Positions 45,619-56,543 of a stretch of 64,000 bases of DNA are shown here, in pieces. The notes below the pieces were generated by a model, which worked only from the letters and a program-made list of their open reading frames with translations, did not search any database and was not told where the DNA came from. Where the stretch lies: positions 1-64,000 of the IMG/VR virus record IMGVR_UViG_3300036978_000319. One strand, given 5' to 3'. Source of the DNA: a virus. The first letter of the stretch is position 1; the number at the start of each line of letters is the position of its first letter. A program made the position numbers and the translations under genes.

Positions 45619-48600
45619 ATGTCAAGATGGAGATACCTACATTTCTTTGATAAGAACGGTAAGAACTATAACTTTGATTATGATGCCGGGCAAGACATGT
45701 GGACTGGTACGGTCTACCTACCGGAGGTCTCTACCCTGCTGTTTGAAGTAGGTCAGCTTTTCATTCTTCAAGAGTTCATTAATGCCGCGACTGGTACAAG
45801 AGTATTTGGCTATCCGCATTCACCAGAAGGTAGCAATACAACACCTGGCACAGGAGGCTGTGGTTGGTTAGCACAATGGCAGACAACTGATCCAACCGAG
45901 ATCTTTCTCTTTACCTTTAACCGTAACTACGTAAGTGGCATTCAGTCTGCTCTCGTTAGAGAACCTGATGGTCCGCCTCTTGAGGTCTTTGATGAAATTG
46001 AGTATGTTCTTGATAGCGATGCAGGTGACATACTAAGTACCGATGGGTTAGTGACAACTTCACTAGTGACAAGCGCTGCACTGCAGGTTGACTTTGCAAT
46101 CAGCTCTAAGGACGAGAACACGTATAAGAGAACACTCATCATCCGTGACACTTGCACTAATACAATTGTGGCCGAGTTTGTTATTGTTGGGGAGACGATT
46201 GGAGAGGATGAACGTCTCCGTGTTATGACAGAGAACTTGGGCTACAGTGTATTGTCTAATGACAGCCTTGTCTTCCGTGATACCGACGTTAATGAACTCC
46301 TACCTGACTGGCTTGAGGTTAATACCAAGAGAAAGGAAATGATGTTGGAGGGTCATAACATCTACACTTTCATTGGTTCATATAAGGGTCTTGTTAATGC
46401 GATTAAGTTCTTTGGTTATGATAACCTACAGATAAAAGAGTTTTGGAAGAACGTAGATGCAACTAGTCCAAACTATGGTAAGTATATTCAGAGCAATCCA
46501 ATAAGTGCGTTTGACCCTGCTCTAGTGAATTGGAACGGTGATAAAATTACACTTCCTAATAAGAAGTACCGCAAGACCAGTATGTTTAGTCTTATCTATA
46601 AGATTAACCAAATCCGGGAAGGCGAGTATGATATTGATGACCTACCTCTAACCGAAGAGACAAGCGACTTTACTCTGGAAGAAGTCTTAATTAAACTCTT
46701 TGGGCTAAAGAGAAAGCTAGAGAAAGAGTTCCTGCCTCTCAATGCTCATATCAAGGACATTGTTGGTGAAGCCGACTTCTTTGGCTTAAATGAATTGACT
46801 AACACCATAAGCAGAAATGACACTGCAACGATTGTGGCAGGCATGGATGTTGACTTTAGATCAATTCCAGGTGAGTGCATACAGATACAAGACCTGCGAA
46901 ACATTCAGCAGCTGATTGAGAAATCAACTGGGTTTCCTGGCCAAAACATGGCAATCGGACCGTATACAACCAGTAGTGTTCCGCCACTCCCTCCTATTGG
47001 ACCAGATCCCTTTGGTGTGCTAGGCGATATCATAGATGGTGGTGACTTTACAGTTGGACAGCTTGCCGACTTTTATCTTGCCTACTTTAGCCAGTTTGCT
47101 CCTAACATTAACACTCTTGAATACATTCCAGGTCGTTCATCAAACCGGCTACCGGACCAACCTGGCATTCCTGTTGGAGCTCCAGTTGTCTTGGAGAACA
47201 CTTCGTTTGGTCAGGTTACATGGGACGACATTGACTCAACATGGGCAGCATTAAGTGGCGGAGGTGTCTACTATAACATTGACTTTGAGCCAGTTGCACC
47301 ACAGGCAGGAGATGTATTTACTCTTACCGACCCTGCCACTGGAACTGGTGCAATTTATACAGCTGTCCTTGGTGATACGGCCATCACGGTACGAAATGCA
47401 ATCTTTTCACAAGTGCAGTCACTTAGGACAAGCTTTGTTAGCCCGTGGTTTACATGGAACATTTCAACCGAGTCAACCCTCTCAGGCCCGGTCATTAGAA
47501 TCAATGGAGAGACGCCAAACCGTCTTATTGCAAATGTTAGTAAGGCAAACAATACAAGTACAGCACAATTTAGGGAAGAGGTGTTACCAGGCTCAATTCT
47601 TTACACTTGGGATAGCATCTTTAGAGGCAACTTCCAGGAGATTGAGTGGACCGTCTATAAGGAAGCAACCACAGAATCACCAGAGTTCTATTACACAATA
47701 AGAGGACCTCTTACTGACTTGGATGTCCTACCTATTGTCCTACCCTATATTGGGAACTATTCGGTTGAGATCAAACTGTTTGACCTGTACAATAACATTT
47801 CATCTAAGGTTAAGAGAGACTACATTTGCGTAGAGCCAAGAGAGGTTGAGTACTCAGGCTGGTACCAGGCTCGTAAACTTAACTACACATGGAGCAGTGA
47901 GGGTGTGTATAAGTGGAATGACTACGGTTCATTTTGGGATCTGCCAATTGAGCCAAGTGTTACGTGGGAAGAAGAGACACCTAGCCTATACGAGTCTCTT
48001 GACATGGTAAATGCTATCCTAAACAATTTTGGAGTAGGCGCAACGCCTGACTTTACTCTTATGAACTTTCAGAGCAGTGGGGCAATTAGCTTTAGTGGCC
48101 CCTATTTTTGGAATAACCTGGATAAGGGAGATTGGAATGACACCTATCACTTTTGGTGGGACATGACATGCCTAAGCGGAGACACTCCTGCCTTCTTTCA
48201 GTTTGCAGAGGTCATACCTAACACATACCTACAGATCATTGATGTGAACGGTACGGTTGGACGTCACTTCTTTGGCCTAAGCCCTCTTACACTTCGGCAG
48301 GCCGTGAATGAGCTTAACCTAAGTCGCGAGCCTATCATTAGTAAGTACATTTATAACCTAGTGCTTAATGCAGTTGACCAACAAATCTACATTCAAGCCG
48401 TTGCACGCTATACGGGACGCTATGGTGACTTCCAGGATGTTGACATAGTTGATGTTAATGGTAACCGTATCTGTGCAGGGCAGTTCACTGGAAACACGAC
48501 TGGAGGCTATGTGGCGCCTGGTTATATAACACCCGGCTACTTTGTCAATGATGGAGGTTCAACCAGCGACTCAACTGGAACTGGGTGTGACTCGATCATC

Positions 48601-48909
48601 TTTAGACAGGGACAGCATATAAGTTGTAATCCTACATGGAACACGGCAAAGTTTATTAATGATGGCAAGGTACTGCCTAGAATGACATGGGCAATGTTCG
48701 TATACGACAAATGTCAAATTGCAGGAAAGGGAAAGGCCAAGTGGAGAATTAGAAATACATCTGACCCTAATGCGGGTGATATATACTTTGAAAGCAAATA
48801 CTTGACTTATCTGTTCAGAGATCTGGGAAATTATGAAATTGCACTTGAGTTGGTAGACTCAAACGGCAATCGCTATTTTAAGGAGAGGAACATATTAGTC
48901 ATCGTCTAA
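45619..48909 (+). CDS. large baseplate wedge protein (gp7/tail I-like) with PKD-like segments
   Basis: IGSYKGLVNAIKFFGY; GNYSVEI and GNYEIALELVD. Confidence 0.65.
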   Translation: MSRWRYLHFFDKNGKNYNFDYDAGQDMWTGTVYLPEVSTLLFEVGQLFILQEFINAATGTRVFGYPHSPEGSNTTPGTGGCGWLAQWQTTDPTEIFLFTFNRNYVSGIQSALVREPDGPPLEVFDEIEYVLDSDAGDILSTDGLVTTSLVTSAALQVDFAISSKDENTYKRTLIIRDTCTNTIVAEFVIVGETIGEDERLRVMTENLGYSVLSNDSLVFRDTDVNELLPDWLEVNTKRKEMMLEGHNIYTFIGSYKGLVNAIKFFGYDNLQIKEFWKNVDATSPNYGKYIQSNPISAFDPALVNWNGDKITLPNKKYRKTSMFSLIYKINQIREGEYDIDDLPLTEETSDFTLEEVLIKLFGLKRKLEKEFLPLNAHIKDIVGEADFFGLNELTNTISRNDTATIVAGMDVDFRSIPGECIQIQDLRNIQQLIEKSTGFPGQNMAIGPYTTSSVPPLPPIGPDPFGVLGDIIDGGDFTVGQLADFYLAYFSQFAPNINTLEYIPGRSSNRLPDQPGIPVGAPVVLENTSFGQVTWDDIDSTWAALSGGGVYYNIDFEPVAPQAGDVFTLTDPATGTGAIYTAVLGDTAITVRNAIFSQVQSLRTSFVSPWFTWNISTESTLSGPVIRINGETPNRLIANVSKANNTSTAQFREEVLPGSILYTWDSIFRGNFQEIEWTVYKEATTESPEFYYTIRGPLTDLDVLPIVLPYIGNYSVEIKLFDLYNNISSKVKRDYICVEPREVEYSGWYQARKLNYTWSSEGVYKWNDYGSFWDLPIEPSVTWEEETPSLYESLDMVNAILNNFGVGATPDFTLMNFQSSGAISFSGPYFWNNLDKGDWNDTYHFWWDMTCLSGDTPAFFQFAEVIPNTYLQIIDVNGTVGRHFFGLSPLTLRQAVNELNLSREPIISKYIYNLVLNAVDQQIYIQAVARYTGRYGDFQDVDIVDVNGNRICAGQFTGNTTGGYVAPGYITPGYFVNDGGSTSDSTGTGCDSIIFRQGQHISCNPTWNTAKFINDGKVLPRMTWAMFVYDKCQIAGKGKAKWRIRNTSDPNAGDIYFESKYLTYLFRDLGNYEIALELVDSNGNRYFKERNILVIV

Positions 48910-48929
48910 TGATAAAAACAAACTAAACA

Positions 48930-49571
48930 ATGCCAATTTCAGTTACACAAATTCTTGGTACCGATTCACTGTCTGGATCTAGACTCGTGATCAATGACAA
49001 CTTTAACATCCTGGCGAGTGAAATCAATGCAATTGAGAACTACTTTAACCCGGTCGCAGGTACAATCACTAACCTAAATGATGTTAGGACTGAAAGCCTT
49101 CGTGTTGGACTTAGTACTGTTTTGCTTGACATTAATGGTGCAACATTTGACATCCTAGCTCCAGTTAACATCAGTAACAGCAATCTTCGTATAAACAATG
49201 GAGGTCTTATTAGAAATGATATTGACCCAGTTGTTCTAAATGATGTTAACATTGTATCTCCCTTTGGTGTAGGTAACACAGGAGCACCGCCACCCTATAC
49301 AATTGAAAGAGTTGGTAATGCTAGTCTTGTTACAATTACGCTGGAGCTGTTTGAAGGGCTGATTGGTCAAGAGATCTTCTTTATGTATTCACAGGCTACA
49401 ACTGGTGATGTTAACATCATTGGCGAAAGCGGTAACCCGCTCATTCTATCAGGAGGAAGCACGCTTACTCTTAACGGGCAGGGACAGACTGCTCACCTAC
49501 TCTGCATAGATGATGGTACGGGCAATGGCGATTGGTACCTAATTGGAGGAGTAGGTTACACCATATCATAA
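48930..49571 (+). CDS. short fibre/baseplate structural protein
   Basis: N-terminal DSLSGSRLVINDNF motif resembling ORF 61164. Confidence 0.6.
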   Translation: MPISVTQILGTDSLSGSRLVINDNFNILASEINAIENYFNPVAGTITNLNDVRTESLRVGLSTVLLDINGATFDILAPVNISNSNLRINNGGLIRNDIDPVVLNDVNIVSPFGVGNTGAPPPYTIERVGNASLVTITLELFEGLIGQEIFFMYSQATTGDVNIIGESGNPLILSGGSTLTLNGQGQTAHLLCIDDGTGNGDWYLIGGVGYTIS

Positions 49572-49576
49572 AGTGC

Positions 49577-49671
49577 ATCAAGTACAGAATCGCGGACAAT
49601 TTGTTCTTGACAAAACATTTTTAGTGGATAAATCGTATCGCGGACAGAATCGCGGACAATTTGTACTTGAT
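49577..49671. repeat. 95-bp intergenic element with terminal inverted and internal direct repeats
   Basis: ATCAAGTACA...TGTACTTGAT; 27-bp ACAGAATCGCGGACAATTTGTWCTTGA at 49584 and 49644. Confidence 0.8.
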
Positions 49672-49719
49672 ATATGAGATTAAAGAATATGTGTAAACTA
49701 GCATGATAAACATAAATAG

Positions 49720-51834
49720 ATGGCAACCACACCACTCATAAGAACACCTCAAGCTGACGGAGGAACCTTTTACACATTCTCGTCCGCTGCTAGAGATCTG
49801 TCCAGGACTCTTAGCAACGAGAACCTACGACTAGTCTTCTCTAAGTTTGTGCTGCTTGATCTGCCTGACTTTGACCGCCTAGACTTTAATACGTTTAGTA
49901 GCCGGCAAAACTTTATGCAGCTTGATACAATCGATGGCGCTATCGTTGAGGGAGGCTTACCGGCTGACCGCAATGTTATTTTTACCGAGAGTTTGCAAAA
50001 CTATGCTCTCAACATTGAAGAGCTGCTTATTAGCGATGCTGCTTATGACAACACAACCAATCGTTCAGTTGCCGAGCGGGTGTTCTTTAAGTGGCTAAAG
50101 GAGACTGGCGCAATCAGATTCCGCCCAGCTACTAATCTTGAACGAGCGGGTACCGTTACTCGCCCTCTCTTTACCGAGGAGAATAATGCGCCTATTGGTA
50201 ATGTTCAGTATCGTCGTGTTGTCAAGTACATCGGTGACATTGACATTGTGAACAACGTTGACCTAGCCGGAGAGGCTTATACCGAGGTGTACATTAATGT
50301 ACCTACTGAAGTTGGCGGCACTCCTACTGTTCTATTTGATACCATTGCTGACACAAACTATCAGCCTGGTCTAAAGATTAAGGGTGACAACGAATACATA
50401 CTGGGCAGGAACAGTTCATCAATTCATCCACAAGGTCTAAATATGAAGGCCTTTTATGATTATGATAATGAACTACAAGGGTCAGGTCCGGCAGGTTACA
50501 CTGACCCGGATGCAAACTGGATGAATGAGTCAACTCCACCGTCCACAACTAATGCATACTTTACCGAGCCGGTAACATTTACTGATGCCACTAGTGTTAA
50601 CATTCAGAAGTACCCGGCCGACTATGATAACCCTCCAGGATTTTCTCCGGTTGCATACATAAGAAACCGCCTGGATGGTATCTCGCTTGACTTTAACGCA
50701 AGTGACTATCAACAGATTGTACAAGATCCAAGTATTAGCACAATTGCGCAGTACAATGGCACTGACCTAGCTAGCAATTTTGAGTTCAATGCAGTCCTGG
50801 TGTACTATGACATGGTTGATATGAGTAACCAGTCTAATACTGTCACTAATCTATATGGCATTCTACTCCTGGATAACATCACGCCGACTAATGATGGTGG
50901 GTACATTCAGCGATATCCTAAGTTTAAGCCTAATAAGATCACAGGACAGAACGGTAACTCTTTTGGGTTTAAGCTCAACCTAAGATTTGATGCTTCTCCT
51001 GGCACAGCCGGGATTGACACTATTGTGAATGACTATAACACATTCTCAATGGGTCTCTTTTCTGATGCAACTGCGCAGCTGCAAGAATCAGCTAGGATCT
51101 TTCAGAGACAGCAGCTTGAGCTATCAGAGCTTACACAAAGAGTACAAGGCCTGGAAAATGCAATTAGCGCAGTTAGTCAGACAGTATTCCTACAAGAGCA
51201 GATCAATAGTCTACAGACACAGCTTAATCAGGCAAACCTTGCCTTTGCAGATGGTGCTACCCTGCTTGACCTGATTGCACGAAATGCTGATGAGATACAG
51301 GCTCTTGCAAATGGCCAGGTTTCAACAACCTTACAGTACAACACTGATGTGGTAAGACAGGGAACAGGCATTGTTGTTGATAAGACGGTTCCTAACCAGA
51401 TCACACTCTCACTGGGCGTGCAAGAGTACTCCTTTATGAGTGCATTTGACCTAAACGGTATTGAGATCACTGTTAATAATCCTCTTAACCTAAGTGTGGC
51501 TACACCACAAGCATACACCGAACTCTTATCTTACACTAATATGTTAAGGCTTGACACGGTTAACCAGGCTGGTGGAGATCTTAGAATCTATATTGATGAC
51601 ACTGACATCCAATGGAAGAAGGGCCAAACTATTAGGCTTGCATTCACAGGCGGTATTAATATGGGTAGTCGTAACATTAGAGTGTTTACCGATGCGCCTG
51701 GGCGACTAAACTCAGGTTCATACGGAGTACAAGCTGCGCTTATCAGCAATGCAGAGATAAGCACAAACCCAATTATTGAAATCATCTGTACCGAACAAGG
51801 TATATTGAGCTTTGTATATGATGTGATAAAATAG
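49720..51834 (+). CDS. structural protein with coiled coil
   Basis: 704 aa, late cluster, central heptad region. Confidence 0.65.
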   Translation: MATTPLIRTPQADGGTFYTFSSAARDLSRTLSNENLRLVFSKFVLLDLPDFDRLDFNTFSSRQNFMQLDTIDGAIVEGGLPADRNVIFTESLQNYALNIEELLISDAAYDNTTNRSVAERVFFKWLKETGAIRFRPATNLERAGTVTRPLFTEENNAPIGNVQYRRVVKYIGDIDIVNNVDLAGEAYTEVYINVPTEVGGTPTVLFDTIADTNYQPGLKIKGDNEYILGRNSSSIHPQGLNMKAFYDYDNELQGSGPAGYTDPDANWMNESTPPSTTNAYFTEPVTFTDATSVNIQKYPADYDNPPGFSPVAYIRNRLDGISLDFNASDYQQIVQDPSISTIAQYNGTDLASNFEFNAVLVYYDMVDMSNQSNTVTNLYGILLLDNITPTNDGGYIQRYPKFKPNKITGQNGNSFGFKLNLRFDASPGTAGIDTIVNDYNTFSMGLFSDATAQLQESARIFQRQQLELSELTQRVQGLENAISAVSQTVFLQEQINSLQTQLNQANLAFADGATLLDLIARNADEIQALANGQVSTTLQYNTDVVRQGTGIVVDKTVPNQITLSLGVQEYSFMSAFDLNGIEITVNNPLNLSVATPQAYTELLSYTNMLRLDTVNQAGGDLRIYIDDTDIQWKKGQTIRLAFTGGINMGSRNIRVFTDAPGRLNSGSYGVQAALISNAEISTNPIIEIICTEQGILSFVYDVIK

Positions 51835-51888
51835 GCGGGTGATATATAAACCACAGTATTACACTGTGGTGCTGACTAAACATATCAA

Positions 51889-54800
51889 ATGGCCCAACAA
51901 AACTCAATTTCTACACTACTTCCTGAGCTATTAAGGCTATTTAACAATTCGTTAGAGAGCTTTGAAAAGGTTAACCAGGCAATCACATCTAACCGTGACT
52001 CGGTTACGGTTGACATTCAAAATAGTGATGGGACTATCTCCAAGGTCACTGTGCCAAGCTTTGGCTTTCTTAAGAACCAAATTGACACGCTACAGAGTAA
52101 TGTCAACACAATCACAAATGTAACAGGTGCCGGCAGTTCTATCCGCCTTAGCGATGGAACATTTCGTAAGCTGGTACTGGCAAAGTTGCCGGCCGAGGCA
52201 CAGGATCTAACGAGCCTAAACTCGGTTAATCAGTTTGGCTTTAAGAGTAACTGGTTCTTTGAGAGCCTAATTAATCCTCTCCTATATGTAACATTTGACG
52301 TTACTGGACAAGTTCCAATTGACACCGAACGAGCTATCATTAAGAGGTACATACTTGACCTAAACACGCAGAGTAAAGTTAACTTCTTTAGCTCAAGTTA
52401 TAAAGGCCGAAGCGATGTTAACTATGACAAGTTCCTACAAGACATTGTTGAGCGCAATATCTCATATGTACTTGATGAAGCCGTCACAGATCTGCCACCG
52501 CGCGAAAAGCGATTTAGCGGACGTTTTAGCGTCACTCGTATCTCGACTGTTGATTTTACACAGACGGTTAATGGAGTGACTCAGACCACACAGAAAAAGC
52601 TCTATAAGCTAAATAAACTCTTTTACTCAGATACCGAAGCTGGATTCCCAGATACACTGCAACTTAAGGTAGGCGATAGTCTTGAGGTCGTATCAAATCC
52701 AGTTGACACTCGCTATCAAGTGCTCCAAGTTGACAGCAGCACTAACTCGGTTATTCTTGACCTTGTTGAGGGAGTGAAGGCAATTGGTATTGGAGCCGAT
52801 GTCATAAAGATTGGCAGTTCATTAAATGATCAGGTTAGCATTGAGGCAACAGTTGGCTTTAGTGAGTACTGCATGATCTTCATTAAGCCGATTGACCCAG
52901 ACTCTAAGATGCCGGCCGTCAATTGGTCTCCGGGTGTTGCGTTCTATACAAATGAGCTAACAACAATTGATCAGTTTGGTACTGAGCAAACCTTAGCTGA
53001 CTTTTATCAGAACCAGGCAATTGACTTTGGTCGCTTCCTCTTGTCGTTTGCGCAAGATAAACTGCCAACATCAAAGGAGGGTGTGACACCTAATCCGCCT
53101 TCTCTATCGGCAGCTGACTTTGCCGTTAAGCTTATCAATCAGCAGGTTACAAGCAGCGATGCAATTGTTCAACTACAGGACTTAAATAATCAAAAGAACA
53201 GTCTCGAGGCACGTCTTAAGGAACTTGATACGGCTATCTCTCAAAAGAGGACTCGTATTCAGACAACAAATTATGCAACACAAGTTGAGCGTGATGCAGA
53301 TAAGAATGAACTACAGGGACTAATCACAGACAGGTCTTCACAGGCTGAACTGTATGCATCAGTTGTAAAGGAGATTGCTGCAAAGGGAGCCGATAATGCG
53401 GTCTCTTCAATATCTCCTAAGCATCGTGTCAGAGGATTCTTTCCGATGCCAGAAGAGAAGTCAACTCCGTCCACCGGAGTACAGGACATTGTTAAGTTTA
53501 TGATCCGCTATCGCTATCTGTCACAGGACGGAGCAGCAAACCCAGTGGATCAGTTTTCATTCACCGATGGCACTGGAGAGTCGCAGGGAGCATTTGCAAA
53601 CTGGGAGATTGTAGAGAGCATAATCAGACCTCGAGTAAAGAACACTCTAACTGGACAGTTTGAATGGGCAACAATTAATAATGATAATGCTGATGAGGTC
53701 AACATTAATCAGGTTGACATTGCAATTAGAAAGGGAGAGATTGTAGAGATCCAGGCTAAGTCAGTGTCAGAGGCAGGTTGGCCTGGTAACCCACTTATGA
53801 GCGACTGGTCAAATGCAGTCCGGGTTGCATTTCCAGCTGACTTAAGCAGCGACAGTGCAGTAGATGCAATTCTTGAACAAAATCGCGAGGACCTGGCTAG
53901 AGTAACTCTTGAGCAGGACCTTAACGCAAAGGGCATTAATGAGCACCTAGCAAGTTCATTTATTGCAAATGAAAACTATTTTGCTCATACTGCGGCTGTT
54001 ATTGCGTCAGGCTTCCTATCTGACAATCAGACTCCAATTGACCTATTCACTAAGCTCAATCAGATACAAAATCAGTTGGACCTATTTAATGAGATCCTAC
54101 GTAGAGCACAAGGTAATCTTAAAGTATCCCTAGTCGATGGGCAAGGTAACGTGATCAACCTTGTTAAAGATACTCTTAACACTGTCTTTGCTGGCTACTA
54201 TCGCCAAGAAGTGTCTACTCTTGATGATCCGCGCGGTGCAATTGTGACAAAGACATTCTTCATTAATTTGGAGGACACTGAGCAGACCACACTTCAGCTC
54301 ATATCAAGAGTGTCTGGTAGTCGTGCTCGTATGGTTAAGCAGTCGGAGGATCCTGGGTTTGTCCAAGCCACTGCAATAAACGGCACTACTATATTACCGG
54401 CGGTGTATCCGTGGCTTGATAATAGTGAAGCTAATCAATCCGACGGAAGGCCTACATATTCAGCTAATGATAGTGACTATAACGTACAGCGCCGATACGA
54501 CATTGCTCCAATCGTCTTGACAAATCCAGCCGTTGTATTAACTAACAAATATGGGCAGATTAAGTCTCTTCCTCCATATCAGTCATCACAGAATAAGAAT
54601 CAGTTCATTTATAGCCGCTATAAGGATGTTTCATCAGAGGAGGTCTTCTACAATTATGTCAGTCCAAATGATAGGTTTGTTATTAACCTAGATGAGGCTG
54701 AAAATTCATATAACGTTTCTTATAATGCAGCATCAATGCTAAACCAATTTATTTGGGGTGGTGGCTTTATAGGACAGACTACTCCTACAACAACGTTGTC

Positions 54801-55713
54801 ATTTACAGGTAACGATATAGGTGTACATATTGAGCACCCAGTCTTAGGTAGCCTGGCTGCATATGAAGCTGAATACCGGGCAAAGACAGGCGATCTTATT
54901 ACACCAATTTCACTTGGTACTGACTTAACTGATACTGCGAAGATCATATTCAGACAGTCTAAGTTTGCACCTCTTGCATCAGATGCTACTAAAGGTAAGC
55001 AGCAAAACATATACCTAAATGAAAACATTGTTGAGTTATTAAACTTACCTCCTGTCCCTTCTCCTGCTTGGCCTATTCCACTAAATACTCCACTGAGCCC
55101 TCCGCCTACAGCTAACCCACCGACGCAGAATTTTGAAATTAGCCCAACACTATTAGCAATATCCGACCTTACTACGGCAGTGTATAGCCGTAATGCCAAG
55201 ACAAGCTTTGAAGCAAACGATCAGTACCTATTAGGCAAACCGTCCTGTGGTTCATATCTCTTCATAGCATCAGATGATCACGTTAACATCCAAGTGGACG
55301 GCGATGCAACTACATCGTTTAAGCCAATCCAGTTTGGTAGCACAAATGCTCTAACAGTGCCTCTTGTCTTTCAATACCGAATGACGGACTATTGGGGTTC
55401 AGGTAGCGGTACACAAGGTGGCTTAGGTAACATTGGTGGTGATACGACTGGTGCTATTACCAATCTAACATATGCTAAGAGAATAGGATTTGACATCTAT
55501 CCAAATAGTGTAAGTGTGTACCAATATGACATTGAGGTGTTTGCTAAGTATAGACCTGATGGATTAAGTACTGACATATTCCCAACAGCCACCATTGCGA
55601 GAGGGTTAAATGACCTGGAGCGTGTGATAAGCAGTCTATCGCCATCAATCACAGAAACCAGTGTTAATCAGCAGGTTAGAGGAGAGCAGGGCTTCACGCA
55701 GCTAAGTACATAA
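51889..55713 (+). CDS. large structural protein with coiled coil and FN3-like segment
   Basis: 1274 aa; GATATATA and hairpin CCACAGT-N5-ACTGTGG upstream. Confidence 0.65.
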   Translation: MAQQNSISTLLPELLRLFNNSLESFEKVNQAITSNRDSVTVDIQNSDGTISKVTVPSFGFLKNQIDTLQSNVNTITNVTGAGSSIRLSDGTFRKLVLAKLPAEAQDLTSLNSVNQFGFKSNWFFESLINPLLYVTFDVTGQVPIDTERAIIKRYILDLNTQSKVNFFSSSYKGRSDVNYDKFLQDIVERNISYVLDEAVTDLPPREKRFSGRFSVTRISTVDFTQTVNGVTQTTQKKLYKLNKLFYSDTEAGFPDTLQLKVGDSLEVVSNPVDTRYQVLQVDSSTNSVILDLVEGVKAIGIGADVIKIGSSLNDQVSIEATVGFSEYCMIFIKPIDPDSKMPAVNWSPGVAFYTNELTTIDQFGTEQTLADFYQNQAIDFGRFLLSFAQDKLPTSKEGVTPNPPSLSAADFAVKLINQQVTSSDAIVQLQDLNNQKNSLEARLKELDTAISQKRTRIQTTNYATQVERDADKNELQGLITDRSSQAELYASVVKEIAAKGADNAVSSISPKHRVRGFFPMPEEKSTPSTGVQDIVKFMIRYRYLSQDGAANPVDQFSFTDGTGESQGAFANWEIVESIIRPRVKNTLTGQFEWATINNDNADEVNINQVDIAIRKGEIVEIQAKSVSEAGWPGNPLMSDWSNAVRVAFPADLSSDSAVDAILEQNREDLARVTLEQDLNAKGINEHLASSFIANENYFAHTAAVIASGFLSDNQTPIDLFTKLNQIQNQLDLFNEILRRAQGNLKVSLVDGQGNVINLVKDTLNTVFAGYYRQEVSTLDDPRGAIVTKTFFINLEDTEQTTLQLISRVSGSRARMVKQSEDPGFVQATAINGTTILPAVYPWLDNSEANQSDGRPTYSANDSDYNVQRRYDIAPIVLTNPAVVLTNKYGQIKSLPPYQSSQNKNQFIYSRYKDVSSEEVFYNYVSPNDRFVINLDEAENSYNVSYNAASMLNQFIWGGGFIGQTTPTTTLSFTGNDIGVHIEHPVLGSLAAYEAEYRAKTGDLITPISLGTDLTDTAKIIFRQSKFAPLASDATKGKQQNIYLNENIVELLNLPPVPSPAWPIPLNTPLSPPPTANPPTQNFEISPTLLAISDLTTAVYSRNAKTSFEANDQYLLGKPSCGSYLFIASDDHVNIQVDGDATTSFKPIQFGSTNALTVPLVFQYRMTDYWGSGSGTQGGLGNIGGDTTGAITNLTYAKRIGFDIYPNSVSVYQYDIEVFAKYRPDGLSTDIFPTATIARGLNDLERVISSLSPSITETSVNQQVRGEQGFTQLST

Positions 55714-55775
55714 CATGCTTCATTGACATTGATATATAATTAAGAAGACATTAGGTCTCAAAAAAAAAACATATA

Positions 55776-56456
55776 ATGAAACATATTAAACTCTTTGAAG
55801 AATTCATTTCAGAACAAGATGTCATTTGTGAAGCCACTGTTATGATGGACGCGCTAGACCCTAATTCACGAGATCTGAAAAAGCTGCTTAAAAAGCATAA
55901 TGTAGAGATGGAAATAGGTGCGGGCACTGATGCGGGCACTGAAGTCACACTCACTGGTAAAAGAAGTGATCTCGAAAAGGTGCTTGCTGACCCTATGGGC
56001 TGGGACGATCCAGACTTGGCCGAATATATCGAAGAGTCTAAGTCTCTCAATGAAAGTTTTTTGGTCACTGCAGCTGCAGCCGCAGCCGGTGTAGCTGGTC
56101 TTATGGTTCTTGTTAAAACCGCCCCTTTCTTTCGTGCAGTAGCTGGTGAAGCTAGCCAAATGTTAGGATCTGCTGTTTTGAGGAAACTAGAAAAAGACAG
56201 ACTTGATAAGTACACTGCTATAATCGATGGCATTGTGGCTAAGTTTGAGGGTGATGAAGTTCTCAAAACCATGTACACAGAGCTGCCAGCTTATTCAGAT
56301 CGTGCAAGAGATAAAGCCAGTAATGTTGCTAGAACTAAGCAGCTTAAGGTTATCGGTGAATATATTAAAACCAAACTGTCTGAAGACGAACTTAAATACT
56401 TTGTTGACATTTCAAAATCTTTAAGAGGACTGGCTGAAATTTCTGAGTCTTACTGA
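55776..56456 (+). CDS. putative head-packaged internal protein
   Basis: MKHIKLFEEFISE N-terminus, internal SLNE, own GATATATA motif. Confidence 0.6.
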   Translation: MKHIKLFEEFISEQDVICEATVMMDALDPNSRDLKKLLKKHNVEMEIGAGTDAGTEVTLTGKRSDLEKVLADPMGWDDPDLAEYIEESKSLNESFLVTAAAAAAGVAGLMVLVKTAPFFRAVAGEASQMLGSAVLRKLEKDRLDKYTAIIDGIVAKFEGDEVLKTMYTELPAYSDRARDKASNVARTKQLKVIGEYIKTKLSEDELKYFVDISKSLRGLAEISESY

Positions 56457-56543
56457 ACATAAGGCCTCTTTAATAGCTGCCACATTGGTTTAAGGCAAGA
56501 GTCTCCATTAGCCAATGGTGATAAATAAAGAAAAGAAGAACCA

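Noticed and set aside
49584-49670. Mini-CRISPR (27-bp repeats, 33-bp spacer)
   Set aside because: Only two copies and the spacer contains part of the repeat; kept as an unexplained repeat element
55748-56468. Direct repeat ACAT(T/A)AGG(T/C)CTC flanking ORF 55776
   Set aside because: Only 10 of 12 bp match; too short to distinguish from chance
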